Source of the DNA: Lama glama
Lineage: Eukaryota
DNA length: 64,000 nucleotides
Direction: 5' to 3'
Assembly (NCBI GenBank): GCA_028534125.1
Contig: CM052816.1
Span: 59,832,001 to 59,896,000, forward strand
The position numbers were made by a program, and so were the translations under genes. Within the stretch, counting starts at the first letter, position 1; each line of letters opens with the position of its first letter. The notes beneath the pieces are model-generated. The model did not search any database and was not told where the DNA came from. It saw nothing but the letters and a program-made list of their open reading frames with translations. Shown here piece by piece: positions 1-11,268 of the stretch.

Positions 1-26
1 GTACTTTCGGCAGTAGAGATGTACTG

Positions 27-205
27 CAGTGGTTCTCAAATTGTAGTGTGTATCTGAGTCACCTGGAGGGTTTATCAAAACACAGATTGTTAAGGCCCAC
101 TTCCAGAACTTCTGATTCAACAGGTCTGGAGTGGGGCCTGAGGATCTGAATTTCTAATATGTTCTTAGGTGATGCTGAAGCCACCTGTTCTGGAGACCAC
201 AGCAC
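27..205. mobile_element. MER5A-like hAT-Charlie non-autonomous DNA transposon
   Basis: Starts cagtggttctcaaa; internal gattcaacaggtctggagtggggcctgaggatctgaatttcta matches the MER5A consensus as I recall it. Confidence 0.85.
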
Positions 206-1314
206 CACTGATGCAAAGTATGCTACAAGGGACTGGAATGATGTTGAATGAGCTGATTGCTGTATCTGCAACAGATGGAGACCATGTGGAGTTTCTAATG
301 AATTCAAAGAGTTTATATTCCATTTGGATCCAACAGATAGAGAAAGACCCAGAGGAGAAAGTGAAATGCAATTACTTATGCCAAATCCAGTTACCTTTAT
401 CTCTCTTCCTTCCATACATGGCATTACTGGTGAGTTTGCTGGAGAGACCTCACAGGAACACAGAGCTGGGTGGCAGAAGAAGGAAAAGGAAAGAGAGTAT
501 ATTAGTTTTCTGTCTCAGTAAACAGACAGGACTGTTTACCGCCACATTTCACTCTTTGGATAATCCAGGGGAAAATAACTGAATGTTAGGTGGATGGCAA
601 AGGGAAACAGTCTGTGGCTCATGTGATTCCCATGGGAAGAGATCTCAAGTGATACCCAGTTTACTGCTAGTTCGATAGACACACATCAGATGGGTACTGT
701 GTCTTCACTGCAGAGCACTCTGAGAGGAAATTTTCCTGAATGCATCAGCAACTAACAGCTTTTTCAAAAAGAGTTTTATCATAAGCAAGGCAAATAAAAT
801 TGTCATAAGGCAACAGCAATCTTCAAACAACATGTTTCATTGTATTTACTATATCTAATAGAGTTTCATTCAAAATTATAGTTTGGGATCACTACTTATA
901 CTTTATTAGGATACCTTCTAACTCCCCATTTTCCCTCCTCCTACTCCACATTCACAGGGTACTGCACTCCCAAAATGGAGGTCCACCATCTCACTCATGG
1001 TTACGACATAAGCCAAATGAACCCGAGAATACTGTTACCTGAGGCTCCATGACCTCCATCTGTTGAGGAACTTGATACAGTCAAGCACCTGAACCAGTGC
1101 AACAGTCTTCATTAACAGAGGAGGAGACAATTCCAAGTGAGAAGCAGGTGTGACTGGTAGTCTCTGACACTTCTCTTGAGTTTCAGCTCAAAGTGACCAT
1201 AAAGTCGCCCCTAACTTGCCCCTAGGGATTTCAAAGCTTCTTCTCTGACACTAGTAGAAGGTCTATCAAAATTAGTGAAATGCAGGGCTTGGGAATGCAA
1301 AGACATATATGACA

Positions 1315-2143
1315 GTGACCTGTTTTTATTCACAACACTTTTAACACCAAACAAGGGGTTTTGTGTGTGTGTGTGTGTTTCCCCTCAGAGCAACCAATTC
1401 TATATCCAGACACCAACTGTGTGTCCAAAAATTCAATTCACTTCTGATATTTACTACCCAGAGTTAGCACAGCCCTCACAGGTTAAGGGCTCAGACTCAC
1501 AAGATACCCCACCCCAACCCCAGATGCCTGCCATAAGTCCCAGGACTTCCATTCTTCTGTCTGAATGACTCTGAGTTGGGATCTCCCATGACCCATTTCC
1601 TCATGTTTGATAATTCGCTAGAACAGCTCATAGAACTCTGGAATACATAACTTACATTTACTGGCTTACTATAAAGGGTACAACTCAGGAACAGGAAAAT
1701 GGAGGAGATTTGTAGGGCAAGGCATTAGGGTAGGGATGAAGGCCTTCTATGCCCTTTCCAAATGTGCTAACCTTCAGCACATTAATGTATTCACTAACTG
1801 GAAGCTCCCTGAATCTCATCATTTATGGGTTTTTAATGAGGTTCCCTTACCTAGACACAATTGATTAAATTATTGGCTACTGGTGATTACCTCAATCACC
1901 AGCTCTCCTTTCTCCTCCCTGTAGATTGAAGAGTGAGGCTAAAACTTCCAAACTTCAACTGAAAATTAAAAGCTTGGTCTTTTTGGCAACCAGCTCCCAT
2001 CCTGAAACTCTCGAGGGGCCCACTAAGAGTCAGCTCCTTAGGACAAATGATACTCTCATCATCTCTATCACTTAGAAATTCCAAAAGTTTTAGAAGTTCT
2101 GAGCCAGGAACTGGGAACAAAGACCAAATATCTATTCTACCAC
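1315..2143 (-). mobile_element. MER21-family solo LTR
   Basis: Reverse complement begins tgtggtagaatagatatttggtctttgttcccagttcctggctc...ttggaatttctaagtgatag, like the MER21 5' end; internal cacaggttaagggctcag is also MER21-like. Confidence 0.7.
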
Positions 2144-3986
2144 ATATAGGGTCAAGCACCCTGGAATGTCTTGCAAACAAGTTATGGAGGTGGACACAAT
2201 AGTATAATTAACAATAAAAAATATGCATCATCATTAAGAACTACAGACTCATAACAGTGTTACAGATCTTGAGAGGAGAGGAGTCAGTCACCAAGGGTAG
2301 GACAGCCTGGACTAATCTTCAAGATGAGTGTGGAAGTTATTGCACTTATTCTGTGCCAGGCTAGGCACAGTCACGAAAAAAGAAAAGCCCTGGCGCTCAC
2401 TTGTTCTGATCTGAGGAACAGTGGGGAAAAGGAGAGAGTGAAATCAGCAGTGGAACCCCATGCCTGGATTTTATCATCCCCACTGGGGAAAGGGGGTGGG
2501 TGATAGGGAGACAGAGGGAAAGAAACTTTAGAAACATGAGATGAGTGACATTGGGAGGTACTGGCCTACCTTCCTAGTCACAGTAAAGTGCCCCCTGGAG
2601 CAACCCCAATTTGATGCTAACACAAATGTAATGCAGAAGTGATGGTGTGGGAGAAGGTAGCAAGGAGGAAAGATGACGCAAGAGCACTTCAGCCCACCAC
2701 ACTTTGCAATGGGATGTCAAGGAGCCAAGAAGTCCCCGTGTGGTCCAGGAGGAGATGCTGAGTTTCTGAGAGAACCTGCAGAATGGCAAAGGTGCAGGAA
2801 GACATGATAGATGCCTCTGTGGGCAGAAAATTCAAGATGGCAGCAAGTGGTCAGGACCTTGAATGCAGGGAGAATACTCTAAAGAACTGGACAGGACCAG
2901 TCAGACCTCAGCAGGAACCAAGCAAATGGGCAGACCATTCTGGCCTCTCTTGCTGCAAAGGCCAGCAAAATTCAAAGATCACACTCAATGTTTAGTTAGG
3001 CAAATAATTTCAAGAAGTTCAGAGAAAAACAGAAGGAGCATTCTATGATTCTAACAGAAAATGTAATTGAGTGTGTAGATAAGGGGTTCAGTATAAAAGT
3101 AACAGCTGAAGCCAGGCTACTGGATGAAACCTCTAAGGTGCAGTGTTAGATGTGCCAATCATCTGGGAAGAAGGAATGTGGCTGACAAAGATGGAGGGGT
3201 GACCACCATAGATGTTTACCTTTCCATTTCGTTGTAGAGAGTGAGGTTTAAAGGCAGGGACAGCAGTTTAAGATTTATAAAGATTTTATTGAAAGAGATT
3301 TCTAAGGCCACCCCAAACCTGTTGCCATTTCACTATTCACACATCAGATGCTGGGAGCTGTGTTATCAACAGCATGTGGCAAAAAATTCAATTAAAAAAA
3401 ACTTCTGAATTTTAGCAGGGTATCACTGGTTAATGAGACAACAGAGCAGCTTTGGAGGTAGGTGAATGTACACATAGCAGGCAGGGAAGAAGAAAGCTTT
3501 ATGAAAAAGTGTGTGGTCAATGATACTGAATGTCCATGAAGCCTAAAGTCTGAGCTAAGACTCAGAAGGGTTAGAATTAGAAGGAACCGACAAAAAATGG
3601 GAGTGGGGAAGGACAAAGGGAAGAAGACATTTCAACACATACAAGAAACGTTGCAGTAAAAAAGAGTGTATTTCAAAGTGTTTAGACAAAGAGTTTTTGA
3701 GTCACTAACCATTTAATATCTATTTTGGGGATGCTTATGAAATTAGAAAAATGTGGTCCATATTTATAGACAAAGGTAGAATGAGGAATTATAGGAGCAA
3801 TAATGAAGGCTTTAAGAGAGAGAGAGGGATGTATGATGGAGTGCGGCCCTGGAAGAAGGAGGAAGGGCTTAAGGAGGTGGGTAGAGATGGATGGGACCAT
3901 CTCTTCTAAGACAGCAGAAGTGGAGGACAGCACAACAGGACTCCAGACCATGAACTGCAGTCAAGATAAGGTATGCTCACTGCTTA

Positions 3987-4205
3987 CAGCATGGTTTCTC
4001 AACCTCAGCAGTGTTAACATGCTGGGCTGGATAACTCTTTATTATGGTGGGCTGTTCTGTGCATGATTTTTAGCAGTATTCCTAACCTCCACCCATTGGA
4101 TGCCAACAGCAACCCTCCAGGGGTGAGCATCACAAAGTCTCTAGACATTACCAAATGTCTCCTGGGGGAGGCAAGGGCAAAATCACCCTCAGTTGAGAAC
4201 CACTG
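3987..4205 (+). mobile_element. MER20 hAT-Charlie DNA transposon, near full length
   Basis: Ends cagcatggtttctcaacct ... cagttgagaaccactg; internal ttagcagtattcctaacctccacccattggatgcca and ctagacattaccaaatgtctcctgggg are typical of MER20. Confidence 0.9.
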
Positions 4206-5531
4206 GGTTAGAGAGACTGGTAGGAGGCACCAAGGTGAGGAAGCTGCTCCCATATCAGAGGACCTCAAACCTCCAGGAGCTGAGACCACCTGGGAGAAAG
4301 AGGAATGTGTGTGCAGCACCCTGGTATAAACACTGAGGCAGGGGTTATAAACAGTGGAGAAGGGACTAAATCCCACTAGAAAAACTTCCCTCCCTTTTCA
4401 GCGATTTCTTAAAGCAGCAAGGTTACATGGCCATGTTAGAACCGCTCACTACCTTTCCCAAAAGGCAGCTGTGAATCTCACAAAATCCTTGTCACTGTTA
4501 CATGTGCCGCAGTAGCTGAAGTTTAGAGCTAACACATCTCTGCCTTTGTAAAATTACATAATCTATTTCTTAGGTTCAAAAGCCTTATGGGATGTTTATG
4601 GTAAATCACTGCAGCCGCTAACTTTCAAAGGTGCATGTGAAGCCCCTCACTTCTGACTCAAACTGGAAAGAATATTAAGTTTACCATTTGCAGGTGTAAG
4701 CTTCGGGAAACAAACCATGTGGCAAGTAGTGATCTCTCTCAAATCCCTCCTAAACTCTTGTTCCCACTGCCATGAAGTGATTGGTGGCAGTGATGACTGA
4801 GCACTCATTTCTTCACATACTGGGGGTCTCCAGTAGCAAAGCCGCAAGCAGTTCCCCTACCTCAATATTACTTAAATAGGATTAGGGACCTGGCCCTGGC
4901 CCTGGATAAAGCTACACTTGCTGTTGTTTAGTTAGATGTATGGTTACGCAGAGCTTATCAAGTCAACAGCACAAGGTGGGGGTCATGTACTAAGAAAGCC
5001 AAAGATAAGAGTCAAGACTCCCCTCTCTCCGTAATTCTGGTCAAGGGACATTTTCCTGTCAACTTTTGTGAAGGAAAATATCTTCAAGAGAATGAAATCA
5101 AATTTCAGAGGAAAAAATGTCTCTTGCCTTTCACCAAGCTTAGGAAAAGAATGTATATTTCCAGAATCCTCATTGCATTATCCTTTTCATATCCTGAAAA
5201 TAACCTCTTCTGATGATATGGGGGTGTGCTATAGGAGAAGTAACACTGGATTCATTCTCTTGTTCATTCATTTAACCTATATTGATTGGGCCCCTGGCAC
5301 TATCTTCAGCTCTGTGGATAAATAATGATTAAGACCTGGAAGGTTCTTGCCCTCCTGGATTGTGATGGGAAGGGGTAGTGCTAATCATCACTCTGCTTTG
5401 AAAAAGTGCTGGTCTTTAGGCTTCTTTTATCCATAAGACAAAGGGCAAGGACTTCAGTCTTAAAGCCTATTCTATCTTTATCATTCACAATTGGTGAGTC
5501 AGACGACAGCAGTGGACCAAACAACTGGTCT

Positions 5532-5923
5532 ATGCTTTGAACTGCATTGTGTTCACCCCACCGTGGAAAAAAAATCTCATGTTGAAGTCCTGTCCTTCAG
5601 TACATGAGACTGTGACCATATCTGGAATGGGGTTTTTCAGAAGTGATTAAGTAAAGTGAGGTCATTAGGGCAGACCATATGCCAGTAAGACTGACAGCCT
5701 TAGAATTTTGGAGACAGACAAGTTCAGAGAGAAGGCCATGTGAAGACACAGAGAAAAAATGGTCCCCTGCAAGCCAAGGAGTGGGGCCTCAAAAGGAACC
5801 AACCCTGCCGACACCTTGATCTCAAAGTTCCAGCCTCCACAACTGTGGGAAAAGACATTTCTACAGTTAGAGACACCCAATCTGTGGCATTCGGTTATAG
5901 GGCAGCCCTAGCAAACCAGTACA
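5532..5923 (+). mobile_element. MLT1 (MLT1A/B-like) MaLR solo LTR
   Basis: catgttgaagtcct, gtgaggtcattaggg, gccatgtgaagacacagag, aaccaaccctgccgacaccttgatct, and a terminal gcagccctagcaaaccagtaca. Confidence 0.85.
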
Positions 5924-7199
5924 GTGTATGTTAAACACTAATTTAAAACATTTATATAAAAATCCCCAGGCATGGTTCTAACCCACCAAACTGAGTGAGA
6001 ATGTCCCAGTATTAGGGCCTCGCTACATACAAAATGTGTATGACATTACACATCTGATGTCACTAAAACCAGAAGTCCACTGGTCTATAGGATTTAGTGA
6101 AGAAGCAGTCAGCTCACGGTATTGATACCCTTCATCTTTTCAGATGTGTTATTCTTTTTCATGGAGACATTTACTGAACCCTCATCTCATGTCAGACGCT
6201 GCGTGAGATGAGGCGGCTAGCTTTCCCTGGACGTCCACTGTCCCACACTCTTGGCTTCCTAGGAATGTTGTCAAATTTAATTACTAAATGCTTGTTAAAG
6301 CTCTCCATGAAGCCTTTTGATGAAACAAACCCTCTAACTACAAAGTGTTGTTTAATATGGAGGTACAACCTGGAAGTCCTGCTGCTCCTGCCAGGCTGAG
6401 CTCCTTTTTTATGCAGATGACGCACCATCTTAATCCATCTGGCATACTACCGAGCCCCACCGCAAGTTCAGGTCAGGGGCTCTATGGGTGTCCTTGCTAC
6501 TTCCTCCCAATTCCTGTCTACTTTTTCACCTCAATTGTTCCAGGGTGTTCCCGTCTGAAAAGCCCACTGGTATAATCTCACAGGAATGACCTTTATGACA
6601 GCTGTGTGTTGTTACTCCGGTGCAGTAGTACTGGGTTGACTTAAACATTAGTGTAAACATTTATCATTCTTGTACTCACTGTCATCTTCTGGAAGCAGAG
6701 CCCTGAGGGAATGAATGTGCATGGAAGGCTGGCTATGTAGAGCTGAAAGGAGGTAGAGAAAGTTCTCTAGAAGCCACAATTTATCTAGAAGCCACAGGAG
6801 AGGACCAGGAAGAGGGAGGGCTGTAGTAGGAAGTTGGAAAGGGGGAGGCTCCCTGGCACTGTAGCCAAAGGATCTCCTTATCATTGAGGTCATTTGCATT
6901 TTGCATGGATGTTCTTAAAAGAGAGGAGGTAAGCACCAGAGATAGGACTGAATGGGAGCTTTTCACCAGATGTGCAGAAAAAGGCTTACAGTTGTGCCCA
7001 AAAGCCTAGATTATGGATTCTCTTCAGCCCTCAGAGTAGTCTGCTGGCCTAGGAGAACCAGTCCCCAGGCCTGTCCCCTAAAACAGCTGGAAACCTAATC
7101 AGGGATTTAAATTCCCTTTAGTTTAACCGATAGGTAGAAAAACAACAACTTTTTTTCATGTGTTCCATAATGGGAAAAAAATTAGGAACAACAGGATTA

Positions 7200-7672
7200 A
7201 TGACCTTCTACTGCTTCCTCTCTCATTCTTCCAGTTTAATCTCTACACAACATCCAGATGGATCCTGCTAAAATGCCCTGCTTTGGTTCAAATCCTTACA
7301 AAATTGCCCATTGTTCTTAGGATAAATCCCTTTACGTGGCTAACAAAGCCCTTCATGATCTGCCTCTTTGTATGCTATAGGCCACATATCTTACCATTTC
7401 CCACCTCGTTCTCTGCTCTGACCAAGCTGAGCTGTTTTTAGTTCCTCCAAGTCATGCAGATTCTCAATCACAGGTTTACCTCCCTCAGTTTGGAATACCA
7501 CTGCCCACTTCTAACCCCCTCCCCACCCCCAACACACACACCTGGGCAACTTCTACTTGTTCATATGGGAAGGAATCATATCTGCTTTGCTCACCATTGG
7601 TATCCAGTGCCTGGTACACTGTTTCACATGTAACAGTACTTACTGGGTGGGTGGATGGATGAATAAATGAGT
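7200..7672 (+). mobile_element. LINE2 3' end remnant
   Basis: ttgcccattgttcttaggataaatcc, gcccttcatgatctg, ccagtgcctggtacac, ending in a ggatggatgaataaatga tail. Confidence 0.75.
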
Positions 7673-7964
7673 TTCTTTCACATTGGAGAATCAATAGTTT
7701 TCTTGCTTTTAACTTATTTTAGTTTCTCTTTTGTTTTTAATTCTGTATCAACACTGGAAATAAGATAACTTTCTCCTCATCGAATCTCCTCAAAGGGGTC
7801 CAACCATCACTGGACACATTAGAGACATAAACTTTCACAAAATCAGGGCTCTGGTAGCAAAGAAGACTGGGAAGTAAATACTGGGCAAGAAACTACTCAT
7901 GATTTCTGTAGTGTACAGGAGAGGGAATGAAGACGAGGGAGGAAGTAATGAAGGAAGGACTATA

Positions 7965-8840
7965 ATTCAACAATCCTGAGTTCCTGTTATGCCATGGGCA
8001 TAGCGCTAAGTATTAGGGATGGGATGGTGTACAAGACAGAGGATCTCTCTCTTCAGAGATCTTGGAATCCATACACTAAAGTGACTGCATTTTGAAGAAA
8101 GTATTAAGAGGAGATAGATAGTTTCCATGGTCAAGTAGAGTGAGCCTATTTAACCTCACCCAGTGGGAAAGTTAACACTTCTTGAGGAAGAGACACTTGT
8201 GCTGAGATTTGAAAGATGACTAGGGGTTGTACAACCAACATGTGAAGAAAAGAGTGTTCTAGGCTGTATGCCAAAGATCTGGCTTCCAGAGAAAGTGATG
8301 GGCTCAAAAAGCTGACAGGACATCAGTGTAATGGAGCGTAGACAGTGAGGGGTGTGCTCTGAAGTGAGTGTGGAGAAACAGACAGTTCATTCCACCCAGA
8401 GCCTTGAAGCTTTATCTCAAGGGCAAGTGAAAACAAGGACTTTAGGTTAGAGAATGACATGATCAGATGTGTGTTTTGTAAAATCACCTTGCCCATAGTG
8501 TGGAGAATGTTCAAGAAGGACAAGTGGGGATGTTGGTCTCCACACAGAAGGTCCCTATGAAACATCAGATGATGGTGCCTGAACCAACGTGGCAGCAGGA
8601 AGACTAAAGAACGGTAGGCAGACGGAAGAGAGACTCAGTAAACGGAAGCAGCAGGGCTTGATGACTTAACCAGCTAGGGAAGAAGTGAAAGAGAAGAGGA
8701 AAGGAAGGCTTTGGGGCTCCTTACCAGAAAAACTAGGTGAAATGTGCTGCCAGTTCCTACAATAGGGAAATACGGGGGCCATTCGGCAGGTGTAGGGAGT
8801 GAATAATGAGTTCAGTCCTCCATACTCGGGCTTGAGGTGA
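7965..8840 (-). mobile_element. LINE2 remnant
   Basis: attcaacaatcctgagttcctgttatgcca; tgacatgatcagatgtgtgttttgtaaaatcacc; gagatttgaaagatga, all antisense L2 motifs. Confidence 0.75.
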
Positions 8841-8884
8841 CTGAGAAGTCCCTGTATTGAAAAGAGTCATAGTATTTGCCACAA

Positions 8885-9160
8885 CCATGGTTCTCAAAGT
8901 GCGGCTGCAGAGCTGGTAGTTTCAACATTGTCTGGGAACTTGTTAGGAATGCACATTTTCCAGCCTCTCCCCAGATCTACTAAAGCAGAACCTCTGGGGT
9001 CCAGCTCTACAGCCCATTGTCCTTTTTATGAATATTAGGATGCAATGAGATGTCATGGAAATAGTAACACTTGGAATTCAGAAGATATGGGTTCAAGTCA
9101 CAAGATGTGACTTAAACAAGGCTTTCAGATGATTCTGATGCCCTCCCAAATTTGAGACCC
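8885..9160. mobile_element. MER5A-like element interrupted by ~100 bp of foreign sequence
   Basis: ccatggttctcaaagtg...gggaacttgttaggaatgcacatt...ctctgggg to ~9005, resuming at ~9110 with ttaaacaagg...gattctgatgc...aaatttgagacc. Confidence 0.75.
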
Positions 9161-9369
9161 AAAGGAATATAGCCAATCTGTGATGAATAGGAATGAAAAA
9201 TGATTAGAGAAAAGGAAAGAAAATAGGACACAGAAAATATAAGATCTGTATTACTCTGGGTGGGAAATTATTCTATTTTCTCCTACTTTGCTGACCAAAC
9301 TGGACTGATTCGTCGCCTCTAACTGGCCTGTTTTGTATCTCACTGATGGCTCTTTTTTTCAATAGGTCT

Positions 9370-9700
9370 CCCTTCTTCCAGTTTCTCCTGAGCCAATTTC
9401 AGATGGCTGCTAGAGATATCTTAAAATACAGCTCCATAACCATCCTCAGATTAAAGAGCTTCAGAGGCTCCAGGGGCCCACTCAACAAACCCCAAGATTC
9501 CTGGCTGGCAGTGAAGGCTGTCTGCACCCTAGACCTTGTGTGACAGCTCACTCACCTGCCTTTCCCTCTACTCACACTCAGTACTCAATCCCAGCTGAGC
9601 TGGCCATCATTCCCAGAACATGCTTGGCACTTGCCCACCCTTATGATACGCCTCTTGTTCTTTCTCCTCCATCCACACTCTATTTTCAACTGCTGGTATC
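9370..9700 (+). mobile_element. LINE2 remnant
   Basis: gctagagatatcttaaaatac, gcttcagaggctcc, ctgagctggccatcattcccagaacatgc. Confidence 0.5.
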
Positions 9701-9744
9701 CTACCCAGAGCCCAGAAGTCTTCAGTGATAATCTCAAACAGTGA

Positions 9745-9929
9745 AGTGCTGGGGGCTGGCCTACACACACCTTTTCCCAACTCATCATTCATTAACTTTG
9801 TGCTGGTAGCTTGAGATCAGTCATGATGGTAGTATTTACATTGCAGAAATGGGCAACCATTACAAATCAAGCCCCACCCACCCCTATTCCCAGAGCTCCA
9901 GTTGTTAAATATTTACTGGTACCTTACTG
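9745..9929. mobile_element. Arthur1-like hAT-Tip100 DNA transposon fragment
   Basis: gtagcttgagatcagtcatgatggtagtatttaca and terminal gagctccagttgttaaatatttactggtaccttactg resemble Arthur1 ends. Confidence 0.6.
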
Positions 9930-9964
9930 CCAAGAAGGAATGAGCCTGTTCTCCAGTGATCCGC

Positions 9965-10337
9965 TACAGCAAAGACAAACTATGGAACACATTTGGACTG
10001 CTGCATGGTTTTACTGGCACAGAGCCACACCCATTCCTTGATGTATTGTCTAAGGCTTCTTTTGAAGTATAGTCAATTTACAATGCTGTGTTAATTTCCA
10101 GTGTACAGCAGTGATTCATTTATACCTGTATATTCCTTTCCATATTCTTTTTTATTATAGGTTATTACAAGGTATTAAATATAGTTCCCTGTGGTATACA
10201 GCAGGACCTCGTTGTTTAACTGTCTACAGCTTCCTTCACACTACAGTGACAGAGTAAAGTAGTAGCAACTGAGACCTTACAGTCTGCAAAGACTCAAACA
10301 CTATCTGGATCTTTCTGAAAACATTTGCCAACCCTCA
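9965..10337. mobile_element. MER58A-like hAT transposon split by an L1 insertion
   Basis: gttttactggcacagagccacacccattc...tattgtcta, then resumes at 10221 with tgtctacagcttccttcacactacagtgacagag...tttgccaaccc. Confidence 0.8.
10060..10220 (-). mobile_element. Short 5'-truncated cetartiodactyl-type L1 3' end
   Basis: ttttgaagtatagtcaatttacaatg...ataggttattacaag...atagttccctgtggtatacagcagg; flanked by tgtctaaggcttc / tgtctacagcttc. Confidence 0.85.
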
Positions 10338-10399
10338 CTCTTTAGCACAATATTGTGTATTCACTACTTTTAACACACTGCTTTTTATGACTAGTAGGT

Positions 10400-10600
10400 C
10401 CTGGAAATAACATTTGGAATTTAGAAGATGTGGTTCAAGTTTTTACTTTATAGCTATGAGTCTTGGTCAATTTACTTAATCTTGCTGAACTTGAATTTTC
10501 TCATCTAAAAGAAGAACATGGCTCTCATCTGAGAGCAACGTTCTAAAATCAGACATCTGTGAAAACATCTTGCAAATTATAAAGCACTATGCAAGTACAA
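10400..10600 (+). mobile_element. MIR SINE
   Basis: tagctatgagtcttggtcaatttacttaatcttgctgaacttgaattttctcatctaaaa is the MIR core. Confidence 0.7.
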
Positions 10601-11164
10601 AATAATGCCGTCGTAACTCAGGTGCTGGTCTTTCCCCCACTGGACTCTCTCAGGGCAGGTTCCACACTGCCCTTATGTTTGCCTCCATCACAGGCAGCAT
10701 TTTGCATGCAGGTGGTGCCCATTATGTTATGTGCAATGAAGGATGAATGGCAGGGATTCTCTGTCTCAAGCCCTAATAGCCAAGTTGGTTTCCTAGCTAC
10801 AACAGCAAGATCAGCCTGAACAAAAACATCGTGAGGAGGTCCCACGGTCTTCGTGCTTCCCTGATGGCCAAATTCTCTACCTTCCCATTGCTGCTGCGAT
10901 TCTTCCTACTTAAGCCTCCCTCCTTCTGGGAATCCACCTTGTGCTCATTAAATGGAGACATCAACTGTGCTGATACAAGTAGGTAAACAGTTTTTTGAAC
11001 AGTCAACTCCTTGGCATATAAACATGAGACGACTTTCTTTTTTTCCCGGAACAACTGCCCACCAGATTGGCTTTGTTGAGCCTTTTCCCCTACTAGTTGG
11101 TGGCTCTTTAAGGATATCTTTCCCAGGTTTTATAATTTTCCTATCATTTTCAATATTAACCTTG

Positions 11165-11268
11165 CATCAGTCTCCTTTGAGTCTTTTACTTTGTTCACTG
11201 TTTATACACCCAGAACAATCCTGGCATATAGTAGGTGATCAGTAAATATTTGTGGAATGAATGAATGT
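11165..11268 (+). mobile_element. LINE2 3' terminus
   Basis: ttgttcactg...cctggcatatagtaggtgatcagtaaatatttgtggaatgaatgaatg. Confidence 0.85.

Noticed and set aside
169..582. 137-aa ORF containing a cadherin-like VSATDGD motif
   Set aside because: It begins inside MER5A, has no other cadherin repeat motifs or convincing splice sites, and part of it looks like a decayed CR1/L3 sequence.
6767..6796. Direct repeat tctagaagccaca x2
   Set aside because: An isolated micro-duplication with no array or spacer structure.
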